Below, in pieces: positions 52,999 through 64,000 of a stretch of 64,000 nucleotides of DNA; within the stretch, counting starts at the first letter, position 1, and every line of letters starts with the position of its first letter. This DNA comes from Amoebidium appalachense (lineage: Eukaryota; Protista; Ichthyosporea), in assembly GCA_963693365.1 (NCBI GenBank), contig CAVNZM010000001.1, positions 13,068,418 through 13,132,417 of the forward strand. The letters run 5' to 3'. The notes under the pieces were generated by a model, which was not told where the DNA came from, searched no databases, and saw nothing but the letters and a program-made list of their open reading frames with translations. A program made the translations under genes and the position numbers.

Positions 52999-55900
52999 TC
53001 ACATAAGCACCCTGTCAGGGCCCAGGGCAGCCAGCAGGGCAGCAGGGTCCACGGTGCTGTGTGTGGCCACCACCTGCTGCAGGCCAGGCAGCCGGGCCCA
53101 GGCCTGCAGCCATGTTCCCCCACCCGTGACAGAGCGGCAGTGGCTGATGGACACGGCCACCAGTGCCGTGGCCCTTGCCAGGCCCAGCAGGCCCTCATCG
53201 TCCACCCCCTGGCAGCCGTCCAGCACCACCCTGGCCAGCTGCCTGTACCCCCCCAGTGCCGCCAGCCCAGCCCCGTTGGCCCCCGTCAGGCCCAGATCCA
53301 CCTCCCGCAGGGGTGCCGTGCCCTCGGCCAGGGCAGCCCCCGTGATGTTTGAGCAGCCGGGCAGGCGCAGGGCCAGCAGGCAGGGCAGGTGCGCCACGGC
53401 CAGCAGAGCACAGTCAGCCAGCGGGCAGTCGGCCAGCTCCAGCACGGCCAGCTGCCCCCAGCAGCCCAGCCACACCACTGCCACCGGGCACAGCCCACAG
53501 CGCCGCAGCACCAGCTCCCGTAACCCCGGCCTCCCCCCGGCCTCTTTAGCCGCCAGCACGTGCACCACCTCCACTGCCCTGCAGGCCAGCACCACCGGCT
53601 CCCCCTGGCTGCCCGGCAGCACCCTGACCACGTGTGTGCTGTAGGGCCGCACACACTGCACCGTGGCCCCCATCGGCAGCCCCCCCACCTGCTCCACCAC
53701 CCTGGCCGTCACCACCACGTCATGTGCTCTGCGGCGGGCCCACATGCCACTGCCCGTGAGCTTGGGCGCGGCATCTATGGTCAGGGTGCGCAGGGCAGGC
53801 AGGGCCAGCAGGGCTGCAAGGTGGCCATCCTGCACCTCGGCACCCACAAGCTCGGCCCGGCCCAGCCGGCGCAGGCCTGCAAGGGGCTGCAGGTCCCGGG
53901 GCTGGGGGTGGCCCACGGGGCTGCAGGCCAGCACGGTCAGGGCAGCCAGGGCCTGCAGGCCGTGCAGGGTACGCAGGGGTGCCGCAAGCATGGACAGCAG
54001 GGCCAGGGCACGCAGGTGGCCCAGGCACGTGGCCGTGGCCATGGCCCGGCAGTCGTCCAGCACCAGCCCCGTCAGCCCAACAGGCAGCGTGGCCATGTCG
54101 GCCGGGCTGACCCTGGTCTGGGCCATGCTCAGGTGCCGCAGGGCCCCAAATCCGCCAAAGTGCAGGGTGGCCGGCTCGATGTCGGAGCAGTGGTCCAGCA
54201 GCAGCGTGTGCAGAGCGCTGATGGTGCTGAGGCCGTTGACGGCCGCACTATTCACAGCCGTGGAAGCCAGGCCCAGCACCCGCAGGCCCTTGAGCCAGGC
54301 CAGGGACCGGGCCAACCTGGGGCCCATGCGGCAGAACCCCAGCTGCAGCTCGGTCAGCCCCGTGGCCCCCACCACAGCCCCCAGGTCCGTGTCCCCCAGG
54401 TTGGCACAGCCTTTCTGCTCCCCCCAGTCTCAGCCCCAGCCCAACCCACATCCCACCCCCCAGCACCTGCGGGTGCGCACCAGAGCCAGGGCACGCAGCG
54501 CCGGCATGTGCTGCAGGGGGGCCAGGGTGGTGGTGGGGGCCATTTCCAGGCCCAGCTCCTGCAGGCCCGTCAGCGCTGACAGCTGGCCCAGCAGCCCTGC
54601 ATCGGCCGGACAGTCCCCCAGCTGCAGCACCTGCCCGTGCACATGTCAGCCACCCTGCACTCCCCTGGCCCGGGCACAAGCAGGGGGCAAGCACGGACCC
54701 TGAGGGCAGGTAGGCAGGCGATGGCAGCCAGGCACTCTGCCTGTGTCCATGTGAGGGTGTTTGCCAGGCTGAGGGCGTGCAGGGTGCCCAGGCCGGCCAG
54801 GCTGTCCAGCACGCTGCTGTGGGCCAGCCAGCAGTCGTCCAGCAGCAGCGTGGCCAGGCCGTGTAGGCCCTGCAGCCCCTGCAGCAGCGCTCCGTCCAGC
54901 GCCAGCCCCTGCAGCCCCACCCACTCCAGCCGGGGGAACCGCGGCAGCACCGTGGCCACGGCCGTGGACGTGACCCCAGTAAGGCCCAGGTCCAGGGCCA
55001 GCAGGCTGGGGGGGCCGTCGAGATACAGGGCCAGACCCGGCCCGTCAAGCAGGCTGCAGCCCCGCAGGGACAGCACTTCGAGCCGGGCCAGGTCGACCAG
55101 CTGGGCCAGCCCGGGGCCCTGCAGGCGGCAGGCCGGCAGGTGCAGCACGTGCAGGTTCGTCAGAGCAGCCACGTGGGTCAGCGCACCGTCGGTCAGGTAG
55201 GGCAGCCCGGCCAGCTGCAGCGTGTGCAGGTTCGGTGCCAGCTCCGCCAGCGCCGCCAGGCTGCTGTCAGTCACCGTGGCGCCACGGCCACCCTGTGCTG
55301 CCGTGGCATCGACCACCAGGCTGTGCAGGTGCCTGAAGTGCAGCCCCACACAGTGCAGGTCTGGCCCCCAGCCCCTCAGTATCCCACCCAGGCCCCGTGC
55401 CGGGGGGCCACAGGGCACCCACCGGGGTCACCGAGCACCAGGGGGCACTGCAGCTCGAGGAAGTGAGCATGGGACCCCAGGGTGGGGGCCAGGCCCTGCA
55501 GCAGCGCCGGGTGGGCCGTCAGCACCCACAGCCGGCGGCCGGCTGCTGCCAGGGCTGCTTGGCGCAACTGGCGGCAGACCTGGCCAAGCCTGGGTGGTAG
55601 TCAGCCACGGTGCTGCTGGTGACATACAGAAAGGAGGGGGCACAGGCAAAACACAGAAACACTCTCGCATCATGTGACAACTCTGGTAGACAAGTCAACT
55701 GCAAACAACTGTTTTTTCTCTTTGCAAGCCAAGAAAACGACCGGCTGCTGGTGGGAAAATATACGGACAAAGCCCTGGCTGAGCTTGTGTGCACAATATC
55801 AGGTATGTTTGGTTGTTGGAGGGTGCGAATGGATTGACAGGTGGGAGCACGGTATGACGGTAAAGGAAAAGGGAGAAGAGTATTTCAGGTAAGGAAAACA

Positions 55901-56375
55901 AAGAGGATGGAGGGGAAAGGAGCGGAGTGGAGCGGGGCGAAAACGCTGGGCGAAGAGAAGGATGGAAAAACGTAGAGGCTGGACAAAAGGAGGGACCAGG
56001 GAGAAGTGCTTGAAGTTCGTGTGTGCGTGCGACGTACAGGGCAATGTGGCATGTGGTGAGGTATGTCTGAACCTCCCTTCTTTTTGAGTGGAATAGGTTT
56101 CGGTAGCGTGTAAAAACGGAGTCGCGTGTATGTTTCCATGTGCAACTGTTGTGTGCGGGTGGCTAAACGGGCGTATTTGAGGGTGTGCCGCATCTGCATA
56201 AGGACTGGAAACGACATTTCCCAACTGTCAACGAGAAGCAAGTGTCGTACAGGAAGCAAGAAGCGCACGGGAGCCACGGGCGCGCAAGGGAAAACACACA
56301 CCTGAGCAGTGACGGGCGGTCCACATACTCCAGCACCTGGCCCAGCAGCTCAAAAGGCAGAGCCAGTAGCCCCAT
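52999..56375 (-). CDS. F-box / leucine-rich repeat protein
   Basis: F-box LLALPFELLGQVLEYVDRPSLLR|LGQVCRQLRQAA followed by many cysteine-containing LRRs (LHTLQLAGLPYLTDGAL, LEVLSLRGCSLLDG, LALRLPGCSNITG, LARVVLDGCQGVDDEG). Confidence 0.88.
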
Positions 56376-57665
56376 GCCAGCGAACCGATCTCTGACTGCA
56401 GATTGGGCTCGTTTGGAGACAGAAAAAAGGAACCCACCATTTCTCCCCGCGTTGCTATCTCTAAACCCCGTGCTTGGGATCCCAAGCCTCAGCAGACGTT
56501 ATTATTCACTGGGCTACAACTGTCACTTAGCTGAACCTACAAATGGCTGTCACCGTTCAGGTCGCACTAACAGACCCTTCCAAGTAGGGGCAACGTGGTT
56601 TCCTAAGGCGAAAAGCGAAAACAGCAATTGCAGTGCGTGGCTTGGCAAGCCCTGACTGCTCTCTAGCCTCCGTAGGACCAAATTGCAGGTCTGCTCGTTT
56701 ATTTTTCAACTTCTTGATACTGGGCACGCACATAATCCGTCGCTTCTGTAACTTCCTTCCCTCTCTTGACGAATTTTTTCAAGTGCGGCGTGCCGAAGTT
56801 CGCAAGCCTCCTTATAGGCCTTGGTGTGCCCGCGGCTCACAGTTCATTTTTGCCCTGTTCACTGGCGGTATCGTGCGCACCAATCAGCTGCGTCAAGCAC
56901 AGCCCACCAATCAGCTGTCTGCAACCTGACAGTTTCACAAAGCAGGGCAAATTCCTGAGGAACAGTGTAAACGCAGCGTAGACGGTCACGGCGTGTAAAT
57001 AGCAGCGCAAATAGCACACTGTGTGTGTGTGTATTTTATTCATTCATGCTTTATTTTTCAAACAAGACAAATTAAAAATAATGACAACTATACATCCTAG
57101 TGTGTAAATGCGCATCCACTTGCTTACCGCCCTACAAAAGTGAGCCTTTGTGCCAGGGTTTGAACTGTGTTTGATCATCATGTCTTGTTTAGGCTGTTTA
57201 GGCTGCTATCATTTGCTGCATGGGACAAATCCCCTGGGTGGGTGGCCTCTAAAATAGTCAGCCAAAAGCTCCGTAAGGTGTCAGCCACCAACTACACACC
57301 CTATTTTTTTGTAGGCACGGTCTTGCACCTGGCCACGTTACCTTGGCTTGTTCCGTGGGTGGGATGACAGCAGCCACAACTGTGTACCTGAAAACATTAC
57401 ATGCACGACGTGTCTTTCGAGGTCTAATATGGCCCATACCTTGTGTCCTGGCTTGCAAGCACACACCCAGCCCTCCCATCCTCAGTATTAGTTTGTGAAA
57501 GAGCCCTCTTGTTTACAGTATTTCGCGCCACACCGCATTGCGTGCGGACACGCAGTGCTACCATGCTCCTTCGCTGCTTGTGAACCACCACTGAAAAGGG
57601 TCGAGTTTGCCAAAGATCTCCATCGACGCGGTCGTGTTTGTGCCTAGTTCTTCAACATTTTGAAG

Positions 57666-58787
57666 ATGGCGAGCACGGACGTGTGGCTGAGCAAGGTGGT
57701 GCCCAGCATAGCGCTGTGCCTGTCCACGGCCATGTACGTTTCGTCCACACGCACCTTCCACGTGGCCCTCACCAAGCGCAACATGGCCGGCCTCAGCAGC
57801 CGCACGTACATATTCTTCCTGCCCATGGCCGTGTCCTGGCTGTTCTACGGCCTGCTCAAGGTAGGCCCGGTAGACGACCACAGTCCTGCCTGCCCACTGG
57901 GCCCAAGGCTTTTGAGAAATTCGTTCTAGTGGCAGAGTTGAGTGCTTTGTTCTGCATTCTCAGCAGGTGATTGCTAACTTGGTGTTCTCGCAGAGCGACA
58001 TTTTCATCACCATACCACAACTCATTGGCACCATCATGACTCTCTTCTACGTCTTCTGCTTTATTGCCGTGTCCCCCTACCCCAAGGCCGTTGCTGTGAT
58101 GCTGCGCACCCTGGGGTTGCTTGCCTTGGTGATGGTGACTCAGGTGGTGCTTTTTTTCACCCTGGCACACGACAGGACGACACTCATATTGGCTGAAGGT
58201 AGGTGCTGCTTGCTTGCCTCAACCTGCTTAGAAGCTGCCCCCCTCCCCCCCCCCCCCCCCCCCCCTTCTCTTGGGCCAAGGAAGACAACAGTACTCAGTG
58301 CAGGCTGGCCCCAGGTATTGTGGCGGACATCATCTACGTGGCCTATTCAGGCATACCGCTGGGCCGTATGCTCCGGGCTGTGCGCATGCGTGATGCCTCT
58401 GCGTTCTGCCCCTACCTGGGCACCACCTCGTTGGTGGCCAACGGGCTGTGGGTGGTGTATGGGCTGGTGGTTCAGGACTGGGTGTTCACGGTCGTGTGCC
58501 TGTTTGGCGCGGTCATGTTTGCCGGTCAGCTGGTGCTTATTGCCCTGTTTGGTCGAGGGGGTCACGGTGGCCTCTGTGGGAGGGGCTGCCCCACACAGGC
58601 GCAGCCAGCAGCTGAGGCCACCAGCAGGGGGAACGAGGAGCAAGCGCTGGACCAGCGCTGCGGTGAAAACACAAAGGCCAGAGAGGGAGGGGACGGTCTG
58701 CATGGGGCTGGCCCGGAGAAGAGCAGGTGGGTGCCCATTGAACACCCAGGGCTGTGGGTCGTCTGTCTGCGTTTGTACATGGTCTGA
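57666..58787 (+). CDS. SWEET (MtN3/saliva) 7-TM transporter, divergent
   Basis: Three exons give two MtN3 repeats (TFHVALTKRNMAGLS...SWLFYGLLK.DIFITIP and PLGRMLRAVRMRDASAF...LWVVYGLVVQDWVF) joined by a linker TM. Confidence 0.85.
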
Positions 58788-59387
58788 CGGGGCAATTTCA
58801 GGTGCGCGTGCTGCACGGGGGCCTGCCTGGCAGGGTCCAGTGGGGCCGCCAGCCAACTCAGCAACTCGGCCGTGATAGACGTCGACAGTCCCTAGTTTCT
58901 CTCTGCCTGTATTGCCCTGTGTGGCCTGTACATAATTCCAGGGTGGATATACCACCCACACGTCACTGTACATCTGTATGTAGAGAGGGCTTAATAAATT
59001 AGGTCCCTGGCACGACCAAAGGCCCACGAAAATAAAGGGATCCGGAAGGCATGTATTTCACGGTGAACCTGAACTCCTTGCCTGCGCCTGGCACCTTCTT
59101 CCTGTGCCCTATAGCTACTCTCTTTAAGGGGGAGGTACGTGTGGTCGTGGTCACTCGCCCCCACAACCCTGTTCACGGATCAGGCTCCGTCTATCAGACG
59201 GGGGGGGGAAGGGGGGGGGGGGGGAGGGGGGGAAGCCAGCTGTTTCAAAACAAAGTGCACCTGTTTGGTGATGAACAGACTACACGACTGTACATGACAG
59301 GTCCATTAAACGGACAACTTTTAGCAGGCGACATGTAGTATACATTGTACAATGGCGAAAGTGTGTCCGGGCATGCACATGTGCGTG

Positions 59388-59418
<31 letters not shown>

Positions 59419-60047
59419 ACCATATGCACGTTTTCAATATGGTGTTTTATACGTAGTGTGAAATCATGTGCATGGGCACACAACTGCGGCATCAAAGAAC
59501 TCAACAAGACAGTTGCAACAAGATGGTTTGAAGCATAGCGCATGAAACTTGCCACAACAGTAACACAACCATGCAACTTGTGATTATGAAAGTCACATGA
59601 TGCCAATTGATGCAACAGAACATGGCGTTTACGTTGGGTTCCGCGGCGAAGCACATGTGATGCGGGAATTTAGGTGCATATCATCAGATGCGTACCGGGC
59701 AATGGCATCGCTGCCGACAGCCTGCTGTACACTGCATACCACTGTACACAGCCGGCTGTGTGGATGTGTGAGTCAATGAAAAGTACATCAACAAAATACA
59801 CACACAACACGTAGTCACTTTGAGTGACTGTTTGCCTGCGGCCCGGCTCAACATACCTTGTATGTTGCCGCAAGCCAGTGGGTACATAGCCTTGGAGACT
59901 ACACAACACGCTGATGCATCCTTGGCACAACATACCTGGCCTTGCATTCCGGAACCGGAATTTTCCTTGGAATTTCGGCTTCTATATTCATCCAAAATCG
60001 GAATCGCGTTAGTCATCTGTCGTGTGGGTATATAAAGCAGGGGTCAT

Positions 60048-60052
<5 letters not shown>

Positions 60053-60136
<84 letters not shown>
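60053..60136 (+). repeat. (GA)n microsatellite
   Basis: About 40 GA units. A complementary (TC)n tract lies at about 60492-60538. Confidence 0.95.
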
Positions 60137-60139
<3 letters not shown>

Positions 60140-60488
60140 ATGGGGAAAAGGGAGTGGGATAGAAAGGGAGGAAGGGAAGGAGACCAGGCGGGGTGGGGGG
60201 GAGAGGGAGAGAGAGAGAGAGAGCTAGAGAGAATAAGAAAAAAAGAGGAGGTGGGGGTGGGGGGTAGGGTCCAAACACCGCCAAGAGTGCAGCAGGACCG
60301 AAGGTGCTGGGCAGCAGTGAGACAGAAAACAAGCAAGGCTGCAAGGCACCGGGGGTATCGTGCATACCACTGCCCTGGGTGACTTATGCTGCCCACGAAC
60401 CACTAGCGTGATTACCCTTCGCTTGGTTTATTCGTTCACACAACTGTCAGTCTCCCCCTCCCCCCTTTCCCTCCATGTCTCTTTCTCA

Positions 60489-60561
<73 letters not shown>

Positions 60562-60666
60562 CTGTGTGCTCTCTCTCCTTCCCCCAATACCCCCCTCCCC
60601 CCCACCTTCCGAAAGCCTCCGCCGCCCCCCCCTCTCGCTATGTGCGTGCGTGCGTGTGTTGTGTGT

Positions 60667-60713
<47 letters not shown>

Positions 60714-61932
60714 AGGCATCATGGAAGCAGTGTGTGACCGAACAGCGGAGGGGAGCAGAAGAAGCAGAGGGGACTTGCCTAGAAGCCTGCATCTTTGAGC
60801 GACCTAAATGCCTGTGGGCGTACGTGCCTGTATGCTCGACCATGGTTACCACAGCCCTTCATGTGCCAATTTATTGTTTCAACCTGCTCTCTCCCATTTA
60901 TTTACTGAATCAGCTGACAACAGCAGCTGACAACTTGGCAGCAAACGACGTACTGGATTTCGATTGAGCTCGACTGAGCTCGACTGATGTGCTTCCAGCT
61001 CCCGGTCCTCCACTAAGAACACAGCGTGGACTCGAGTCTACTGTCTGTAGGTGTGCATTGTTTCGGTGTTCAATCACTCATACCGTACATACAGAACACA
61101 GCACCCCTCCCCTCCCTCTGCTTATTGTTTTTTTTTTTTTTTTTTTGTTTCTGAGAACACTACTTTCCCCTCGCGATCGTCACCATCGTGCTTGCATTCT
61201 TTTATTTTCAACTGCCCAGCCAATGAATTGCAGCCAAAATTTCACAAGGGATCTGCAATCTGATTGGTCACAGGCAAACTTACTGGGTCGCCCAATGGGC
61301 CAAGCCCATTTGGCTTGCAAGGATACAAAGTTTGCAAACACCTGGAAGAAGGTGGAGTAAATAGAATAGAAGGTCGCAGTCCTGTGTCTTGTCTTTTTAT
61401 TTTGATTTTTGGTCTTGCTGATACATGAAAATAATCAGCAGTCTTTGCATTACAGAAGGGTGCTATATGCTAGTTGATGATCGAGGGTCGGTAATTGCCA
61501 TGTATGGGTGTTCAAACAGGTGGTGACACATGCAATCACGACTGCGTCTTTCTATTGGGCCATGTGAGCAAGTCATAACCCACAAGCAATGAATGAGATT
61601 CCAATACTTGCATCTATTAGCGTAGAACTACATTGTTCATTTACGTTCGAAGAAAAGAATAAATATGTTTTGGAAGTTTAAAATCCTATAAACATGGGCT
61701 TTTATATATATGTAACACTGCATTCGGGTACTCCGTGCTCCGGACATATCCCAAGATCCGCATATCACCATCAGCGAATGAAACTGACATGCCATAAGTC
61801 CAGTATCATGCATGCATTTAGCCATCTAGGTTTTTGGTAGCCACCGTGTGTCGTGAAAAGGTCTGTGTGGCTTGCCTGCCTTTCATATTCTCGTTCTTCC
61901 ACGTCTCTGTACGTGCCACAACAACTTCTAAA

Positions 61933-62050
61933 ATGGTCGCCACCACCGTTCACTCTGGTGCTGAGCACACGCTCGAGTACCGTGTCTATTTCAGTAAGTG
62001 TGTGCCTTAGTCTACTTACGTCCCCTATACCACCCCCAACCCCCCCTTCC

Positions 62051-62083
<33 letters not shown>

Positions 62084-63821
62084 ACCCACCAGCCACCCCT
62101 TCCCCCTCCCCCATACCCCCCTATTGCACACACACGCACGTGTCTCTTGATATGTCAAAGTGGCGTGCTGACCAGCTGAGCTGTGCAGAGGACACCAACG
62201 GCCAGGCCATCTCCCCGTGGCACGATATTCCTCTGTTCGCCGACCAGGAAAATGGCGTGCTTAACGCTATTATTGAGATTCCTCGCTGGACCAACGCAAA
62301 GATGGAGGTGAGGCTTTGTCAAATAGCACACGGTTACCTCTCACGACCCACACAAAACTTAGATGCACTGCATCGATGCCCAGGCACAGTTGCTTGCCTT
62401 CACGCGATTAGTTGCTTGGTTGGGAAGATAAGGTGGGCTCTGCTTAGGGCTTGACACACTTTCCAACGTTCTCCCCTTCCCCTTGCCCTACCTTCTGATC
62501 CCTCCCCCCACCCCCTAATCCTCCTTAACCTCCCCCATCCTCCCCCCCCCCCCCCCCCTCACGGGGCTCCCCCCCCCCCCCCCCCCCCTTCCCTCCCCTT
62601 TAAAAGCATTTACACACACTTGGTTTCCTGGACGTCTTTTACCCTCGTTATATTGTAACGCACAGTTTTGCGAGCTTCCTCTGCTGGAAGCTGTGAGAAA
62701 GTCGAGCTTTCCGAGGGGGGCAAAGGGGGGGGGGGGGGGGAGGGGGGGAGTTGCTCTGACACATAAACACTACACTGGCCCTCTGGAGTTCTGCTTTGCA
62801 GTTTGCACTTCAATAGCACACAGTCATACGTGCAGTGGTGTTAGGGGAGAGGGGGGCCTGGGGGTGCAAGGGAGAGGTCGGAGGGTGGTGGGGTGGTGGT
62901 GGTGGGCTGGTGGGCGGTGGGGGATGGAGAAGGGTGCTTGAGTTATGCTTTCGGCACGGTGTTAACCTGACTGCCAGCATCCCCTGTAGTTTCATTCGAA
63001 TGGGTGTTGAGGGAGAGCCGTGAATGGTTGCTAACAAATTTCCTTTTCAGATTGCCACTGGGGACAAGTTGAACCCCATCAAGCAGGACGTCAAGAAGGG
63101 CAAGCTCCGCTTTGTGGCCAACGCCTTCCCCCACAAGGGCTATATCTGGAACTACGGTGCCCTCCCCCAGGTGTGTGGCTTGTCATGGAACGGTTGAGAG
63201 GTTGCAACGTCTTGCCTTTTTGCTTGCTTTGCTCACACCCCGCATAGGCAGTGCATCTTTGCCCCTCTCATGTGAGCAGACTCCCTGTGCGGTTAACTAA
63301 CTGGGTAGGGGGCGTCTTGCCCTTGCTTGCTTGCACACATCCCTGCTCAGGCACTACACTTGTGCCCTGAAAATGCGGGCATGCACCCTGTGTGGCCAGC
63401 TAACATTAACTGGTTGGGTGGACAGACGTGGGAGGACCCCAACCACGTGGACTCGCGCACCAACGCCAAGGGCGACAACGACCCGCTGGATATCTGCGAG
63501 ATCGGCTTCAAGGTGCGTGTTGCTCCTCCGTGCAAAAAAATGGGGGGGGGGGTTGGGGGGTCGGGGGGAAGGGTGGGTGGGTGGGTGGGTGTATGTGTGT
63601 GGCGGGGGGAGGGGGGGGGGGGGAGTGTGTGAAGCAGGTATGCAGGGACTTCATTTGTGTTCCTTTTTTCAGTGATGCTGACTCGGGGTTGCAGGTTGCC
63701 GAGCGTGGAGAGGTCAAGCAGGTCAAGGTGCTGGGTGTGCTGGCCATGATCGATGAGGGCGAGACCGATTGGAAGATCCTGGTTATCGACATCAACGACC
63801 CCTTGGCAGCGGAACTCAACG
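61933..63821 (+). CDS. PPA1: Soluble inorganic pyrophosphatase, family I (continues beyond the window)
   Basis: TLEYRVYF|K...[74 protein letters not shown]. Confidence 0.97.
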
Positions 63822-64000
63822 GTACGTGCATGTGCACGTGTGTGTTTGATGCATTGGGGGGGGACACTTGTGCTGGGGGAAGAGTGTTCTTTTGAAGGGG
63901 GGATCTGTGGGGGAGTGGGGGTTGGTGTTCATATGGTATGTAGGAGATGGTTTGCTAGGAGCATCCCTGTAGGGTTGCTTGCATGCAGTGTATGGGTGCT

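Noticed and set aside
53560-54703. Long plus-strand ORFs opposite the F-box/LRR gene (and similar ORFs opposite URB1)
   Set aside because: Antisense shadows of GC-rich coding exons.
61820-61932. N-terminal mitochondrial extension of PPA1
   Set aside because: The upstream frame has a stop and no ATG, and no convincing upstream exon was found.

Overview
Intron-rich, GC-rich eukaryotic genomic DNA with long poly-G/C tracts and (CA)n microsatellites. The host is probably a unicellular opisthokont (inference from a fungal-type fused tryptophan synthase together with selenocysteine use). Twelve spliced protein genes were reconstructed by hand: CUL3 (5' part), fused tryptophan synthase, DPAGT1/ALG7, USP39/SAD1, URB1/Npa1, selenoprotein K, a USP1-like deubiquitinase, an ELO fatty-acid elongase, a LicD-family protein, an F-box/LRR protein, a divergent SWEET transporter and PPA1 (5' part). 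Four of the gene pairs are head-to-head around CCAAT-rich promoters. Main observations: (1) a SELENOK gene that no single ORF in the track captures, ending GG-UGA(Sec)-G-stop, with a 19-nt microexon and a GUGA-type SECIS candidate behind a predicted 3'UTR intron; (2) tandem arrays built from the exon/intron junction itself in several genes, including six stop- or frameshift-producing decoy acceptors in the splicing factor USP39; (3) several GC-AG introns and two MITE-like elements. Exon boundaries are hand-derived and not confirmed by transcript data.
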